NCBI RefSeq assembly: GCF_000016745.1
Contig: NC_009483.1
Location: forward strand, 1 to 32,000
DNA: 32,000 nt
DNA from: Geotalea uraniireducens Rf4
Lineage (GTDB): Bacteria; Desulfobacterota; Desulfuromonadia; Geobacterales; Geobacteraceae
Direction of reading: 5' to 3'
Position 1 is the first letter of the stretch. Every line of letters starts with the position of its first letter. Made by a program: the position numbers and the translations under genes. Positions 13,975 through 22,608 of the stretch are shown piece by piece. Below the pieces are notes generated by a model, which ran no database searches, was not told where the DNA came from, and was given only the letters and a program-made list of their open reading frames with translations.

Positions 13975-15487
13975 GATTCTTATAGTTGATGATGAGCCTG
14001 ATATCGCTCTTATCCTCAAGCTGCAACTTGAGGATGCCGGATATAAGACGGCCACTGCCAGAGATGGAGTGGAGGCCCTTGCCGCCATCGCCAGGGAAAA
14101 ATTTGCACTGGTTCTTCTCGACATCAAGATGCCGCGTATGGATGGCATGCAGGTCCTGGAGCGTGTGCAGAGTCATTATTCCGATGTGGCCGTGGTGATG
14201 ATGACGGCCCACGGCAGCGAGGATATCGCTGTTGAAGCCATGAAAAACGGTGCCTTCGACTACATTGCCAAACCGTTCTCCAGTGAAGACGTGCTCCAGA
14301 AGGTGAAGCGCGCCATTCAGCTCAATACGGCGCGGCAGGAAAATATCAGGCTGCAGCGCCAATTGGACGAGGAACGGCAAAAAATGGAGGCGATACTCCA
14401 GGGGATGGCCGACCTTCTTCTTGCCGTAGACGACCAGGGGCGAATAATCACCTCCAACCGGAAGGCGGAAGAGGTGCTCGGCCTTAAGCGGGAAGAATTG
14501 CTCGGGATGCCGGTGGAGGAGGCTCTGAAAGCTGATATCCCGTCCGAGGAGCTCCCCAGCAGGGTCGTTCTGCGCACGACCCAACCAAGCCTGGACGTGA
14601 CATATACCATGCTCTGCGGCAGCGCAAACATACCGGTTTCGTCCAGTGCCGCGCCTCTCACCAACGCCTCGGGACAACTGATCGGCAGTGTGGAGATCAT
14701 TCGTGACATATCCCGGCTCAAAGCCCTGGAACAGGAAAAGGAAGACTTCGTCAGCATGCTCTCCCATGACCTGAAAGCGCCAATTACCGCGGTTGTAGGT
14801 TCTGTCGACCTGGTGCGCGAGGGGCGGTTGGGGCCGGTAAACGCTGACCAGCGGGAATACCTGGAATCATCCATGGAGAGCTGTGCAGAGATGGTGGAGA
14901 TGATAGACACGCTGCTCGGCGTCCATAAGTTTGAGGCGGGCAAGATGCTGCTGCACTTTAAGGAGGAGGCTCCCCATCAACTCATTCAGCGTACTCTGAC
15001 CAGATATATTACCGTGGCCAAGCGGGCACAGATCCATCTCTTTGCGACAGTCGACGAAAATTTGCCCACCATTTCCGCCGATCGTGCCACATTTTCCCGT
15101 CTTTTGGGCAACCTCATCTCCAATGCGCTGAAATTCACCCCGGAGGGGGGTGAGATTGAGGTGTCTGCAGCGGCAATAGAAGATATTTCAGCCATCAAGG
15201 ACCGCATTCCCAGGCAGAGCTACCCGGTGGAGAAGCTTTCTGGCGGGGACCGTTTTCTGCAGATCACGGTCCGCGACAGCGGGGTCGGGATACCGCCGGA
15301 GGCGCTTGAAGGAATATTTGACCGATTTGTCCAGGCCAAGAACCGCAGGCTTGGGAAAAGCAGCGGGACCGGGTTGGGGTTGACCTTCTGCCGAAAGGTA
15401 ATGGACGCGCACAAAGGGTACATCTGGGCGGAAAGCGTTGTGGGACAAGGGAGTTCGTTTGTAATGCTCTTTCCGATAACGGAATGA
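13961..15487 (+). CDS. Hybrid response-regulator receiver / PAS / histidine kinase
   Basis: The start is ATG 13961 (MEKDKILIVDDEPD), with GAGGAGG upstream, and it overlaps the preceding stop by 14 nt. The receiver has acceptor Asp in LVLLDIKMPRMDG. H-box FVSMLSHDLKAPITA, N-box LGNLISNALKFTP, G-box GTGLGLTFCRKVM. Confidence 0.9.
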   Translation: MEKDKILIVDDEPDIALILKLQLEDAGYKTATARDGVEALAAIAREKFALVLLDIKMPRMDGMQVLERVQSHYSDVAVVMMTAHGSEDIAVEAMKNGAFDYIAKPFSSEDVLQKVKRAIQLNTARQENIRLQRQLDEERQKMEAILQGMADLLLAVDDQGRIITSNRKAEEVLGLKREELLGMPVEEALKADIPSEELPSRVVLRTTQPSLDVTYTMLCGSANIPVSSSAAPLTNASGQLIGSVEIIRDISRLKALEQEKEDFVSMLSHDLKAPITAVVGSVDLVREGRLGPVNADQREYLESSMESCAEMVEMIDTLLGVHKFEAGKMLLHFKEEAPHQLIQRTLTRYITVAKRAQIHLFATVDENLPTISADRATFSRLLGNLISNALKFTPEGGEIEVSAAAIEDISAIKDRIPRQSYPVEKLSGGDRFLQITVRDSGVGIPPEALEGIFDRFVQAKNRRLGKSSGTGLGLTFCRKVMDAHKGYIWAESVVGQGSSFVMLFPITE

Positions 15488-15518
15488 TCGGATTGTTGTG
15501 ACGGTTAAGGGGGTGCCG

Positions 15519-17333
15519 ATGGACAAGGGGAGAAAAATATCAGCCAAGATTGCTGCGATCTACGCTCTGTTCGGAGGAACCTGGATTCTTTTTTCCGACG
15601 AATTGCTCGCGCATCTCGTGCACGACCAGCCCACCGCCACCATAATCTCAGTTTACAAAGGGTGGCTCTTTGTGGCAGCCACGGCAATGATGCTCTACCA
15701 GCTTGTCAAGCGCCATACGACCCTGCTCATCGATTCGGAAACCGAGCTCCAAGAGCGCAATGAGGAGTTGGCGGAGACCGAGGAGGAATTGCGGCAGCAG
15801 ATTGACGAGTACCATAAAAGCCAGGCTGAACTGTATGAGACCAACCAGACGTTGTTGACACTGTTCCAGGCGTCGCCGCTGGCTATAGTCTCCCTTGACC
15901 TGCATGGACGGGTAACCCTGTGGAATCAGGCAGCCGAGTGGCTGTTCGGCTGGGAAGCTGGCGAGGTAACCGGCCGACTCTGTCCACTTATTCCTTCCTT
16001 TGATACCGAAGCATGGCAAAGATTTTTTGAAAATACCATCCAGCGAGAGGTGTTAAACAACATAGAGGTGCGCCGGCAGAAAAAAGACGGCGCTCTGATC
16101 GACGTCAGCATGTCAATGGCGCCGGTCCGCGACGCAAGCGGGGAAATCGCAGGGATCATGGTGGTGATGGCGGACATTACCGAGCGCAGAGAAACCGAAA
16201 AAGCGTTGCGGAAATCGCACCAGCTCTATGGGGAACTTGTCAACTCCATTGACGGGGTTGTATGGGAAATGGATGTGGCAACTTTCTGTTTCACCTTTGT
16301 CAGCGAGAGGGCCGTTCAAATCCTTGGTTATCCCGTTGAACAATGGCTCGATGATCCCGCATTCTGGCAGGACCATGTCCATCCCGACGACCGTGCATGG
16401 GCTCTGGAATACTGCATGGGTGCAACCAGAGAGATGAAGGACCACGAATTCGAGTACCGGTTCATTGCCGCAGAAGGGAACATCGTCTGGTTGAGGGACA
16501 TAGTTATCGTGGTGGTGGAGAACGGGCAGCCGGTCAAGCTCCGTGGCGTCATGCTTGACGTAACCGATCGCAAAATGGCCGAGGAGGAAATTCGCAAACT
16601 GAACGCAGAACTTGAACAACGGGTCAGAGAGCGCACCGCCCAACTGGAGTCGGCTAACAAGGAGCTGGAATCCTTCAGTTATTCTGTTTCCCATGACTTG
16701 CGGGCGCCTTTGCGCCATATTGACGGCTTCAGTCGGGTGCTGCTGGAAGATTACCGTGAAAAAATCGATGGGGAGGGGAAAGACTATCTGTTTCGCCTCC
16801 GTAATGCGAGCCAGCGGATGTCGCAGCTGATCGACGATTTACTGAAACTGTCGAAAGTTACCCGCAGTGAGCTCAACCGGCAGCAGGTAAACCTGAGCCG
16901 GATGGCGCAGGTTACCGTGCTGGAACTTAAGCAGGCCCAGCCGCAACGGCAGGTATCGGTAAAGATTGCAGAAGACGTGACGGCAAACGGTGATGCTCGA
17001 TTGCTCCGTGTGCTTATGGAGAATCTGCTGGCAAATGCCTGGAAATACTCGGGCAAACAGGAGTCGTCGATTATCGAGTTCGGCACAGCCGAGGTTGCGG
17101 GAGAAATGACCTATTTTATCCGCGACAACGGTGTCGGATTTGATATGGCATATGCGGACAAACTGTTTGCCGCATTTCAGAGGTTGCACCGGTCAGACGA
17201 ATTTGAAGGGACCGGTGTCGGGCTGGCTACCGTACAGCGGATCATCAATCGTCACGGGGGACGGATCTGGGCGGAAAGTGCGGTCGGAGCCGGCGCGACC
17301 TTTTATTTCACTTTGAACGGAGTAGCCATATGA
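15519..17333 (+). CDS. Membrane-anchored tandem-PAS sensor histidine kinase
   Basis: ATG at 15519 is preceded by AAGGGGG; a GTG at 15498 is an alternative start. Two N-terminal hydrophobic helices, a coiled coil and two PAS-like segments. H-box FSYSVSHDLRAPLRHI, N-box MENLLANAWKYS, G-box GTGVGLATVQRII. Confidence 0.88.
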   Translation: MDKGRKISAKIAAIYALFGGTWILFSDELLAHLVHDQPTATIISVYKGWLFVAATAMMLYQLVKRHTTLLIDSETELQERNEELAETEEELRQQIDEYHKSQAELYETNQTLLTLFQASPLAIVSLDLHGRVTLWNQAAEWLFGWEAGEVTGRLCPLIPSFDTEAWQRFFENTIQREVLNNIEVRRQKKDGALIDVSMSMAPVRDASGEIAGIMVVMADITERRETEKALRKSHQLYGELVNSIDGVVWEMDVATFCFTFVSERAVQILGYPVEQWLDDPAFWQDHVHPDDRAWALEYCMGATREMKDHEFEYRFIAAEGNIVWLRDIVIVVVENGQPVKLRGVMLDVTDRKMAEEEIRKLNAELEQRVRERTAQLESANKELESFSYSVSHDLRAPLRHIDGFSRVLLEDYREKIDGEGKDYLFRLRNASQRMSQLIDDLLKLSKVTRSELNRQQVNLSRMAQVTVLELKQAQPQRQVSVKIAEDVTANGDARLLRVLMENLLANAWKYSGKQESSIIEFGTAEVAGEMTYFIRDNGVGFDMAYADKLFAAFQRLHRSDEFEGTGVGLATVQRIINRHGGRIWAESAVGAGATFYFTLNGVAI

Positions 17334-19510
17334 AGCGGCAGCTGAGGGTTTTGCTGGTCGAGGATTCGCAGGATGATATGCTGCTGTTGTTGCGGGAGCT
17401 TAAGAACGGCGGGTTCGAACCAATTCATGAGCTGGTGGAGACGGCTGCTGCCATGAAATGCGCTCTTGTCGAAAAGACATGGGACATGGTCATTTCAGAC
17501 TACCGGATGCCCCAGTTTGATGCACCCGGGGCATTGAAGGTCCTGCACGAGAGCGGGCTCGATCTCCCCTTTATCATTGTTTCGGGGAAGATCGGTGAAG
17601 ACCTGGCGGTTGCCGCCATGAAGTCGGGCGCCCATGATTACCTGATGAAAGGAAATCTTTCCCGGCTTGTGCCGGCAGTTGACCGGGAGTTGCGCGAAGC
17701 AGCCGAGCGGCGCAAACACCGTCTGGCGGAAGAGGCGATCCGTCAGGGCAAAATGCAATGGGAAGCAGCCTTTGACTCGGTTTCCGATCTGATCATCCTG
17801 ACGGACTTCAATGGAAAAATTGTCCGCTGCAACAAGAGGGTAACGACCTATTTCCACTGCCAGTATGCCTCGATGATCGGCAAAAATATCGGAGAGCTTT
17901 TTTATGGCGGGGAGGAGATCGCCTCGCGAGTCTTTCAGTTTCCCCATAAGTTCCATGCCGAAGCCGAAGAGGATATCGTCTTTCCCATGCTGACCGGCTG
18001 GTATAATGTCAGCAGTTACCCCATGCATGCAGAAGAAGAGGAGTCCCAAGGCGTAGTTTTCATCATCAAGGACATCACCAAACGCAAGCGGGTGGAAGAG
18101 GAAAAAAGAATCATCGACCGGGAACTCCTTACCCTCTATGCCATTGCCTTCCGCTTGAATTCGAAGCAGAGTCTGGAAAAGATCATGAGCGATCTCCTTT
18201 TCCAGCTCCATAATATGTTGCGAATAGATTTTTCCTGTATCCACCTCCTTGAAAAGGGGGTGTTGAAGCTCAAGGCTTCGCTGGGGCTCGACCTTGAATT
18301 GGAGACGTCACTCAAGACTCTGTCAACGACGTTTCCTTGGGTAAGCAATATGTTGAAGGGAAAACTTGTCAAGACAAAGACGCCGACAGGACATCTTCCC
18401 GCAGATGTTGCTCAGGCGGCGCTCAAGGTGGGGGTCCAAGCCTGGTGTACCATCCCTTTGAAGATCGGCCCAGATGTCATCGGTGTCACGATGGTCGCTT
18501 CCCAGTCGAATAAAGGCTTCACTGACCGGGAGGTCTTCCTGCTCACCTCTATTGCCAATCAGCTGGCCGTATTGATCGAAAACTATACCCTGTATGATCA
18601 GATGAAGGAGAAGGCTGAAGAGTTGCAGCGGAGCAAAAAAGCGCTCAAGGAGAACCTCCTCGAAGTAAAGCGCGCCAATATCGAACTTGACCGCCTGAAC
18701 GTTGCGAAAAACAACTTTATCGGCATGGCCTCCCACGAGTTGAAGACCCCGATTACCTCGATTATGGGGGGGGTACAGTTTCTCCATAAATACAGCGGAC
18801 TGCAGATGACCCCCGAACAGGAGAGCATTCTCAATTCCGTTTATGAGGGTACAGTTCAGCTGCGCAAGCTGGTGGAGGACCTTCTTTCCATTTCGCGCAT
18901 CGAGGCTCAGGGGATAATCCCCCAGAAAAAGCCGTTTAAACTGGTCACGCTCTGTCGGGAGGTCTATGAGACGTTCACCCTGCCTCTATCGAGAAGGCAG
19001 ATATCAGTGGAGATTTCCGGCGATGAACTGCTGGTGCCGGTGGATGAAAGCCTTTCCAGCCTGGCGATGAGGAACCTGATTGAGAATGCGATAAAATTCA
19101 CCCCGGACGGAGGGAGCATTACCATATCGGGACGATTGGTTGAAAAGTGGGAGGTTTTGAACTATGCCAAGATCGTGCGACCCTTTTATCCGGCGTTCCC
19201 GAAAAATCTACCAGCAGGTAATAATTCATTTTATCTCCTGGATTTTATTGATAGCGGCATCGGCATACCTCTGGAAGAGCGGGTAAGGATTTTTGAAAAA
19301 TTTTATGGTGTCGGAGACATCGCCTATCACTCCTCCGGCACTTTCGACTTCATGTCCAAGGGGTCAGGCCTTGGGCTTTCCATTGTCCGCGGAGTCATGG
19401 ATGCCCACCGCGGCATGGTGTGGACGACTCCGGGGAGCGACGGAACCGGTAGCGTATTTACTCTTCTGTTTCCGATGGACAAAAGCTCGGAAATGAAAGT
19501 TTCGCGATGA
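17330..19510 (+). CDS. Hybrid receiver / PAS / GAF / histidine kinase
   Basis: ATGA start/stop overlap with the upstream kinase. The receiver has acceptor Asp in MVISDYRMPQFDA. A PAS and a GAF-like region follow. H-box FIGMASHELKTPITS, N-box MRNLIENAIKFTP, G-box GSGLGLSIVRGVM. Confidence 0.9.
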   Translation: MKRQLRVLLVEDSQDDMLLLLRELKNGGFEPIHELVETAAAMKCALVEKTWDMVISDYRMPQFDAPGALKVLHESGLDLPFIIVSGKIGEDLAVAAMKSGAHDYLMKGNLSRLVPAVDRELREAAERRKHRLAEEAIRQGKMQWEAAFDSVSDLIILTDFNGKIVRCNKRVTTYFHCQYASMIGKNIGELFYGGEEIASRVFQFPHKFHAEAEEDIVFPMLTGWYNVSSYPMHAEEEESQGVVFIIKDITKRKRVEEEKRIIDRELLTLYAIAFRLNSKQSLEKIMSDLLFQLHNMLRIDFSCIHLLEKGVLKLKASLGLDLELETSLKTLSTTFPWVSNMLKGKLVKTKTPTGHLPADVAQAALKVGVQAWCTIPLKIGPDVIGVTMVASQSNKGFTDREVFLLTSIANQLAVLIENYTLYDQMKEKAEELQRSKKALKENLLEVKRANIELDRLNVAKNNFIGMASHELKTPITSIMGGVQFLHKYSGLQMTPEQESILNSVYEGTVQLRKLVEDLLSISRIEAQGIIPQKKPFKLVTLCREVYETFTLPLSRRQISVEISGDELLVPVDESLSSLAMRNLIENAIKFTPDGGSITISGRLVEKWEVLNYAKIVRPFYPAFPKNLPAGNNSFYLLDFIDSGIGIPLEERVRIFEKFYGVGDIAYHSSGTFDFMSKGSGLGLSIVRGVMDAHRGMVWTTPGSDGTGSVFTLLFPMDKSSEMKVSR

Positions 19511-20433
19511 AGACAGCTGTCTCGTTAAAGACAATAACAAAAGCCTATGGGGCTTTCAGGGCGGTCGAGGACTTTTCCCTGGATGTGGAGCAAGGGATCA
19601 TTTTTGCCCTGCTCGGGCCGAACGGCGCAGGGAAAACCACCCTGATCAAGATTTTGACCACCCTTATGCGCCCCACGAGCGGCGATGCATTTGTCGAGGG
19701 GCACAGCGTACTCACGTCGGGCAAACAGGTCCGTCTCCTGATCGGCGTGGTTCCCCAGGAAAACAACCTTGACCGCTACCTGACCGCCAGGGAAAACCTG
19801 GTGCTCCATGCCAGGATGCACGGCATGCCTCCCCACGAATACAACCCGACCATCGACCGCTTGATGGAGCTGATCGGCCTTTTCGGCCGCCGGAACGATT
19901 TTCCAGATACCTTTTCCGGCGGCATGCAAAGGAGGCTTGTGGTAGCGAGGGCGCTTGTCCACAACCCGCAGGTCCTGTTCCTCGACGAGCCGACAACCGG
20001 CCTCGATCCCCAGTCCAGGCGGGCGCTCTGGGATTATATCCAGAGCCTTCGGAGCCGGATGACCATCTTTCTCACCACCCACTACATGGACGAAGCCGAT
20101 GCCCTTTGCGACCGGATCATGATCATGGACCACGGCAAGGCGTTGGTGGACGGCACGGCTTCCCAGCTGAAAGAAGCGCTTTCCCATGCCCATATCTACG
20201 AAGTGGAGTTCCGGGCCGACAGCGACAGGTACGAGGGGATGCTGCGCACCCTACCCTTTGTCGAGTCCCTGGAGCGGAGCGGCAACAGCTTCCGCCTTGC
20301 GCTGACCGGCGAAGAAAGCCTGAAACCGCTGATGGACAGTCTCGGCAGTACGGATATCCGCAAAATCTGCCTTCAGGAGCCGACCCTGGAGGATGTATTT
20401 CTGGAGCTGACCGGCAGAACGATCCGGGAGTAG
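19507..20433 (+). CDS. ABC transporter ATP-binding protein (ABC-2/DrrA-like subfamily)
   Basis: ATGA overlap with the kinase stop. Walker A GPNGAGKTT, signature FSGGMQRRL, Walker B VLFLDEPTTGLD, H-loop TTHYMDEA. Confidence 0.93.
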   Translation: MKTAVSLKTITKAYGAFRAVEDFSLDVEQGIIFALLGPNGAGKTTLIKILTTLMRPTSGDAFVEGHSVLTSGKQVRLLIGVVPQENNLDRYLTARENLVLHARMHGMPPHEYNPTIDRLMELIGLFGRRNDFPDTFSGGMQRRLVVARALVHNPQVLFLDEPTTGLDPQSRRALWDYIQSLRSRMTIFLTTHYMDEADALCDRIMIMDHGKALVDGTASQLKEALSHAHIYEVEFRADSDRYEGMLRTLPFVESLERSGNSFRLALTGEESLKPLMDSLGSTDIRKICLQEPTLEDVFLELTGRTIRE

Positions 20434-20496
20434 GGGCGGGGTTGCCCCGCCCGGATAATATCATCGCAATCAAGGGCGGGGAGACCCCGCCCCTAC
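20430..20496. repeat. Twin G/C-only hairpins (REP-like palindromic unit in direct duplicate) between the ABC ATPase and permease genes
   Basis: Hairpin 1 is GGGGCGGGG (20433-20441) / TTG / CCCCGCCC (20445-20452). Hairpin 2 is GGGCGGGG (20474-20481) / AGA / CCCCGCCC (20485-20492). The outer arms GTAGGGGCGGGG and CCCCGCCCCTAC are also mutually complementary. Confidence 0.75.
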
Positions 20497-20507
20497 AGAG
20501 GGTTTTG

Positions 20508-21263
20508 ATGCTCAGAGGCGCTTTTTCAATCTGGGGACGGGACATGCTGGTCATGCGACGGAGCATTTTTTCCGAGCTCTTGGCGGTGACCGCCTATCCG
20601 CTCACCCTTTATCTGGCCTTCGGCGTCGGTCTGAAGGGATATATCGCCGATGTGGGGGGAATCCCCTACCCGCTCTTCATTGCGCCGGGTCTTATCACCA
20701 TGACAGCGGTAAACGCCGCCTTCGACGAGAGCTCATGGAGCATGTGGTTCCACCGCCGGGTGCAGCGGACCATCGAGGAGTACCGGGTAACGCCGATCAC
20801 CGTTTACGATATCGTTATTGGCAAGATCATCTCCGGCTTCTGCCAGGGGGCGATCAAGGGGATGGCGGTGGCGGCGGTCATTTTCTTTCTTACCCCTTTT
20901 CGCATCAATTATTATAACCTGCTCGCCTACCTCCTCTACATCGCCCTCGGTTCTATGATTTTCTCCTGCCTCGGCACCATTTGCGGCACGGTCATCGACA
21001 AGCCGGAGAATATCGGCCGGGTGCAGGCGGTGATCATTGTGCCGCTCATCTTCATGGCCGGGATCTTCTTCCCCCTCTCCTCCTACCCCGCAGCAATCCA
21101 GCCGCTCATCAAGGCTCTTCCCACCACGGCCATTTTCGAGGGAGCGCGACAGGCCTTGCTGAACGGTACCCTGGATATCGTCTACATCATGATCCTGCTG
21201 GCCGGCGCCGCTTTCGCGTTTGCCGTGGCGGCGTACACCTTCAACCGTAAGATGGCGGAGTAA
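20508..21263 (+). CDS. ABC-2 type transporter permease
   Basis: 251 aa from ATG 20508 (MLRGAFSIWGR...), with AGAGGG 5 nt upstream. About six hydrophobic helices. It follows the ATPase, as ABC-2 exporters typically do. The longer track ORF from 20106 is an open-frame artefact overlapping the ATPase. Confidence 0.85.
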   Translation: MLRGAFSIWGRDMLVMRRSIFSELLAVTAYPLTLYLAFGVGLKGYIADVGGIPYPLFIAPGLITMTAVNAAFDESSWSMWFHRRVQRTIEEYRVTPITVYDIVIGKIISGFCQGAIKGMAVAAVIFFLTPFRINYYNLLAYLLYIALGSMIFSCLGTICGTVIDKPENIGRVQAVIIVPLIFMAGIFFPLSSYPAAIQPLIKALPTTAIFEGARQALLNGTLDIVYIMILLAGAAFAFAVAAYTFNRKMAE

Positions 21264-21392
21264 CGCGAATCTTCTTGAGTTTTAGCCCCTTTTCATAGTA
21301 GGATTCATAAGATACGGATAAGTTTTACGGCAGAGCAAAAAGTTCTGGATGCACCCTCACCCGGACTTTCGGCGAAGCCGACAGGAGATGGT

Positions 21393-22466
21393 ATGGCTGA
21401 TGAATTTGTTCCCAAATGGATTGCCTGGGAAACCACCCAGAAATGCAACCTTAAATGTGTCCACTGCCGCTGCTCGTCAGAAATGACCTCATCCGAAGGT
21501 GATTTCACCACCGAGGAGGGGAAGAAGCTGCTCAAGGAGATCGCCGATTTTTCCAAGCCGGTGGTCGTCCTCTCCGGCGGCGAACCGCTGATGAGAAAGG
21601 ATATCTTTGAACTGGCAGGTTACGGCACTTCGCTCGGCCTGCGCATGTGCATGGCCAGCAACGGCGCACTGGTGACCGACGAGGTCTGCGAAAAGATGAA
21701 AGAGGCCGACATCAAGATGGTGTCGCTCTCCCTCGACGGTTCTACCGCAGCGGTCCACGACAACTTCCGTCAGTGCCCCGGTTCCTTCGACGGCGTGGTG
21801 CGGGCCGCGGAGTTGTTCCGCAAGCACGGCCAGAAGTTCCTCATCAACTCCTCTTTCACCAAGCGCAATCAGGCCGACATTGCCAACACCTTCAAGGTGG
21901 CCAAGTCCCTGGGCGCCACCGCCTGGTACATGTTCATGATCGTCCCCACCGGCCGCGGTGAGGAGATCATGAGCGAGCTCATCTCCAAGGAAGACTACGA
22001 GGAGATCCTTGACTGGCATTACCAGCAGGAGAAGATGGAGGACGACATCCTCATGCGTCCCACCTGCGCTCCCCATTACTACCGGATCGTGCCGCAGAAG
22101 GCCAAGGCCGAAGGTGCCAAGTTCGAGCGCCGGAGTCTCACATTCTCCACCGGTGGCGGCAAGGGGTGCATCGCTGCCCAGACCATCTGCCTCATCGACT
22201 GCTTCGGCAACGTCAAGCCCTGCTCCTACTTCCACCGCACCGCCGGCAACGTGAAGACCACCCCGTTCCGCGAGATCTGGGAAAACTCCGAGATCTTCAA
22301 GGACCTGCGTAACTTCAAGAGCTACAAAGGGAAATGCGGCCAGTGCGAGTACCTCAACGTCTGCGGCGGCTGCCGCGCCCGCGCCGATGCCGTCTATGGC
22401 GATTACATGGAAGAAGAACCGTTCTGCAACTACGTGCCGATCCGCTTACAAAAAACGGCTCCGTAA
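21393..22466 (+). CDS. Radical SAM/SPASM-domain enzyme, NirJ/AhbD-like (putative anaerobic haem-pathway enzyme)
   Basis: 357 aa. CX3CX2C cluster motif CNLKCVHC near the N-terminus, SAM-binding [17 protein letters not shown], and a C-terminal Cys-rich auxiliary-cluster region [17 protein letters not shown]. It lies directly upstream of hemE. The specific AhbD-like assignment rests on remembered family motifs. Confidence 0.8.
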   Translation: MADEFVPKWIAWETTQKCNLKCVHCRCSSEMTSSEGDFTTEEGKKLLKEIADFSKPVVVLSGGEPLMRKDIFELAGYGTSLGLRMCMASNGALVTDEVCEKMKEADIKMVSLSLDGSTAAVHDNFRQCPGSFDGVVRAAELFRKHGQKFLINSSFTKRNQADIANTFKVAKSLGATAWYMFMIVPTGRGEEIMSELISKEDYEEILDWHYQQEKMEDDILMRPTCAPHYYRIVPQKAKAEGAKFERRSLTFSTGGGKGCIAAQTICLIDCFGNVKPCSYFHRTAGNVKTTPFREIWENSEIFKDLRNFKSYKGKCGQCEYLNVCGGCRARADAVYGDYMEEEPFCNYVPIRLQKTAP

Positions 22467-22494
22467 AAAGTCCATCTGCGTTGTTGCGCTCGTC

Positions 22495-22536
22495 GCGGAA
22501 CGCTCAACGTACCTACCGGTACGCCTCGCGTCCCGC
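22495..22536. other. Nested inverted repeat inside the GC-rich radical-SAM/hemE spacer
   Basis: Inner perfect stem CGTACC (22508-22513) / loop TACC / GGTACG (22518-22523). Outer arms GCGGAACGC (22495-22503) and GCGTCCCGC (22528-22536) pair at 8 of 9 positions. GGAGCTTTTT follows at 22557-22566. Confidence 0.45.
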
Positions 22537-22608
22537 TCCTCGCGCGCCTAGCAGCTGGAGCTTTTTCCGAAGCCGATAGGTTTTACAATCACTCAACTAG
22601 GAGGAACA

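Noticed and set aside
20106-20507. An N-terminal extension of the permease ORF, which the track gives as 385 aa from 20106.
   Set aside because: The extension overlaps the 3' third of the ABC ATPase in another frame, reads as R/P/G-rich, and runs through the twin hairpins. ATG 20508 has a good Shine-Dalgarno and gives a typical 251-aa ABC-2 permease.
19507-22608. A RiPP-type cluster (ABC exporter plus radical SAM/SPASM maturase plus a hidden precursor peptide).
   Set aside because: The radical SAM protein resembles the NirJ/AhbD haem-family enzymes and abuts hemE. The flanking spacers (21264-21392 and 22467-22608) contain no short ORF with a ribosome-binding site. The only ATG-initiated one, at about 21345, runs out of frame into the enzyme gene.
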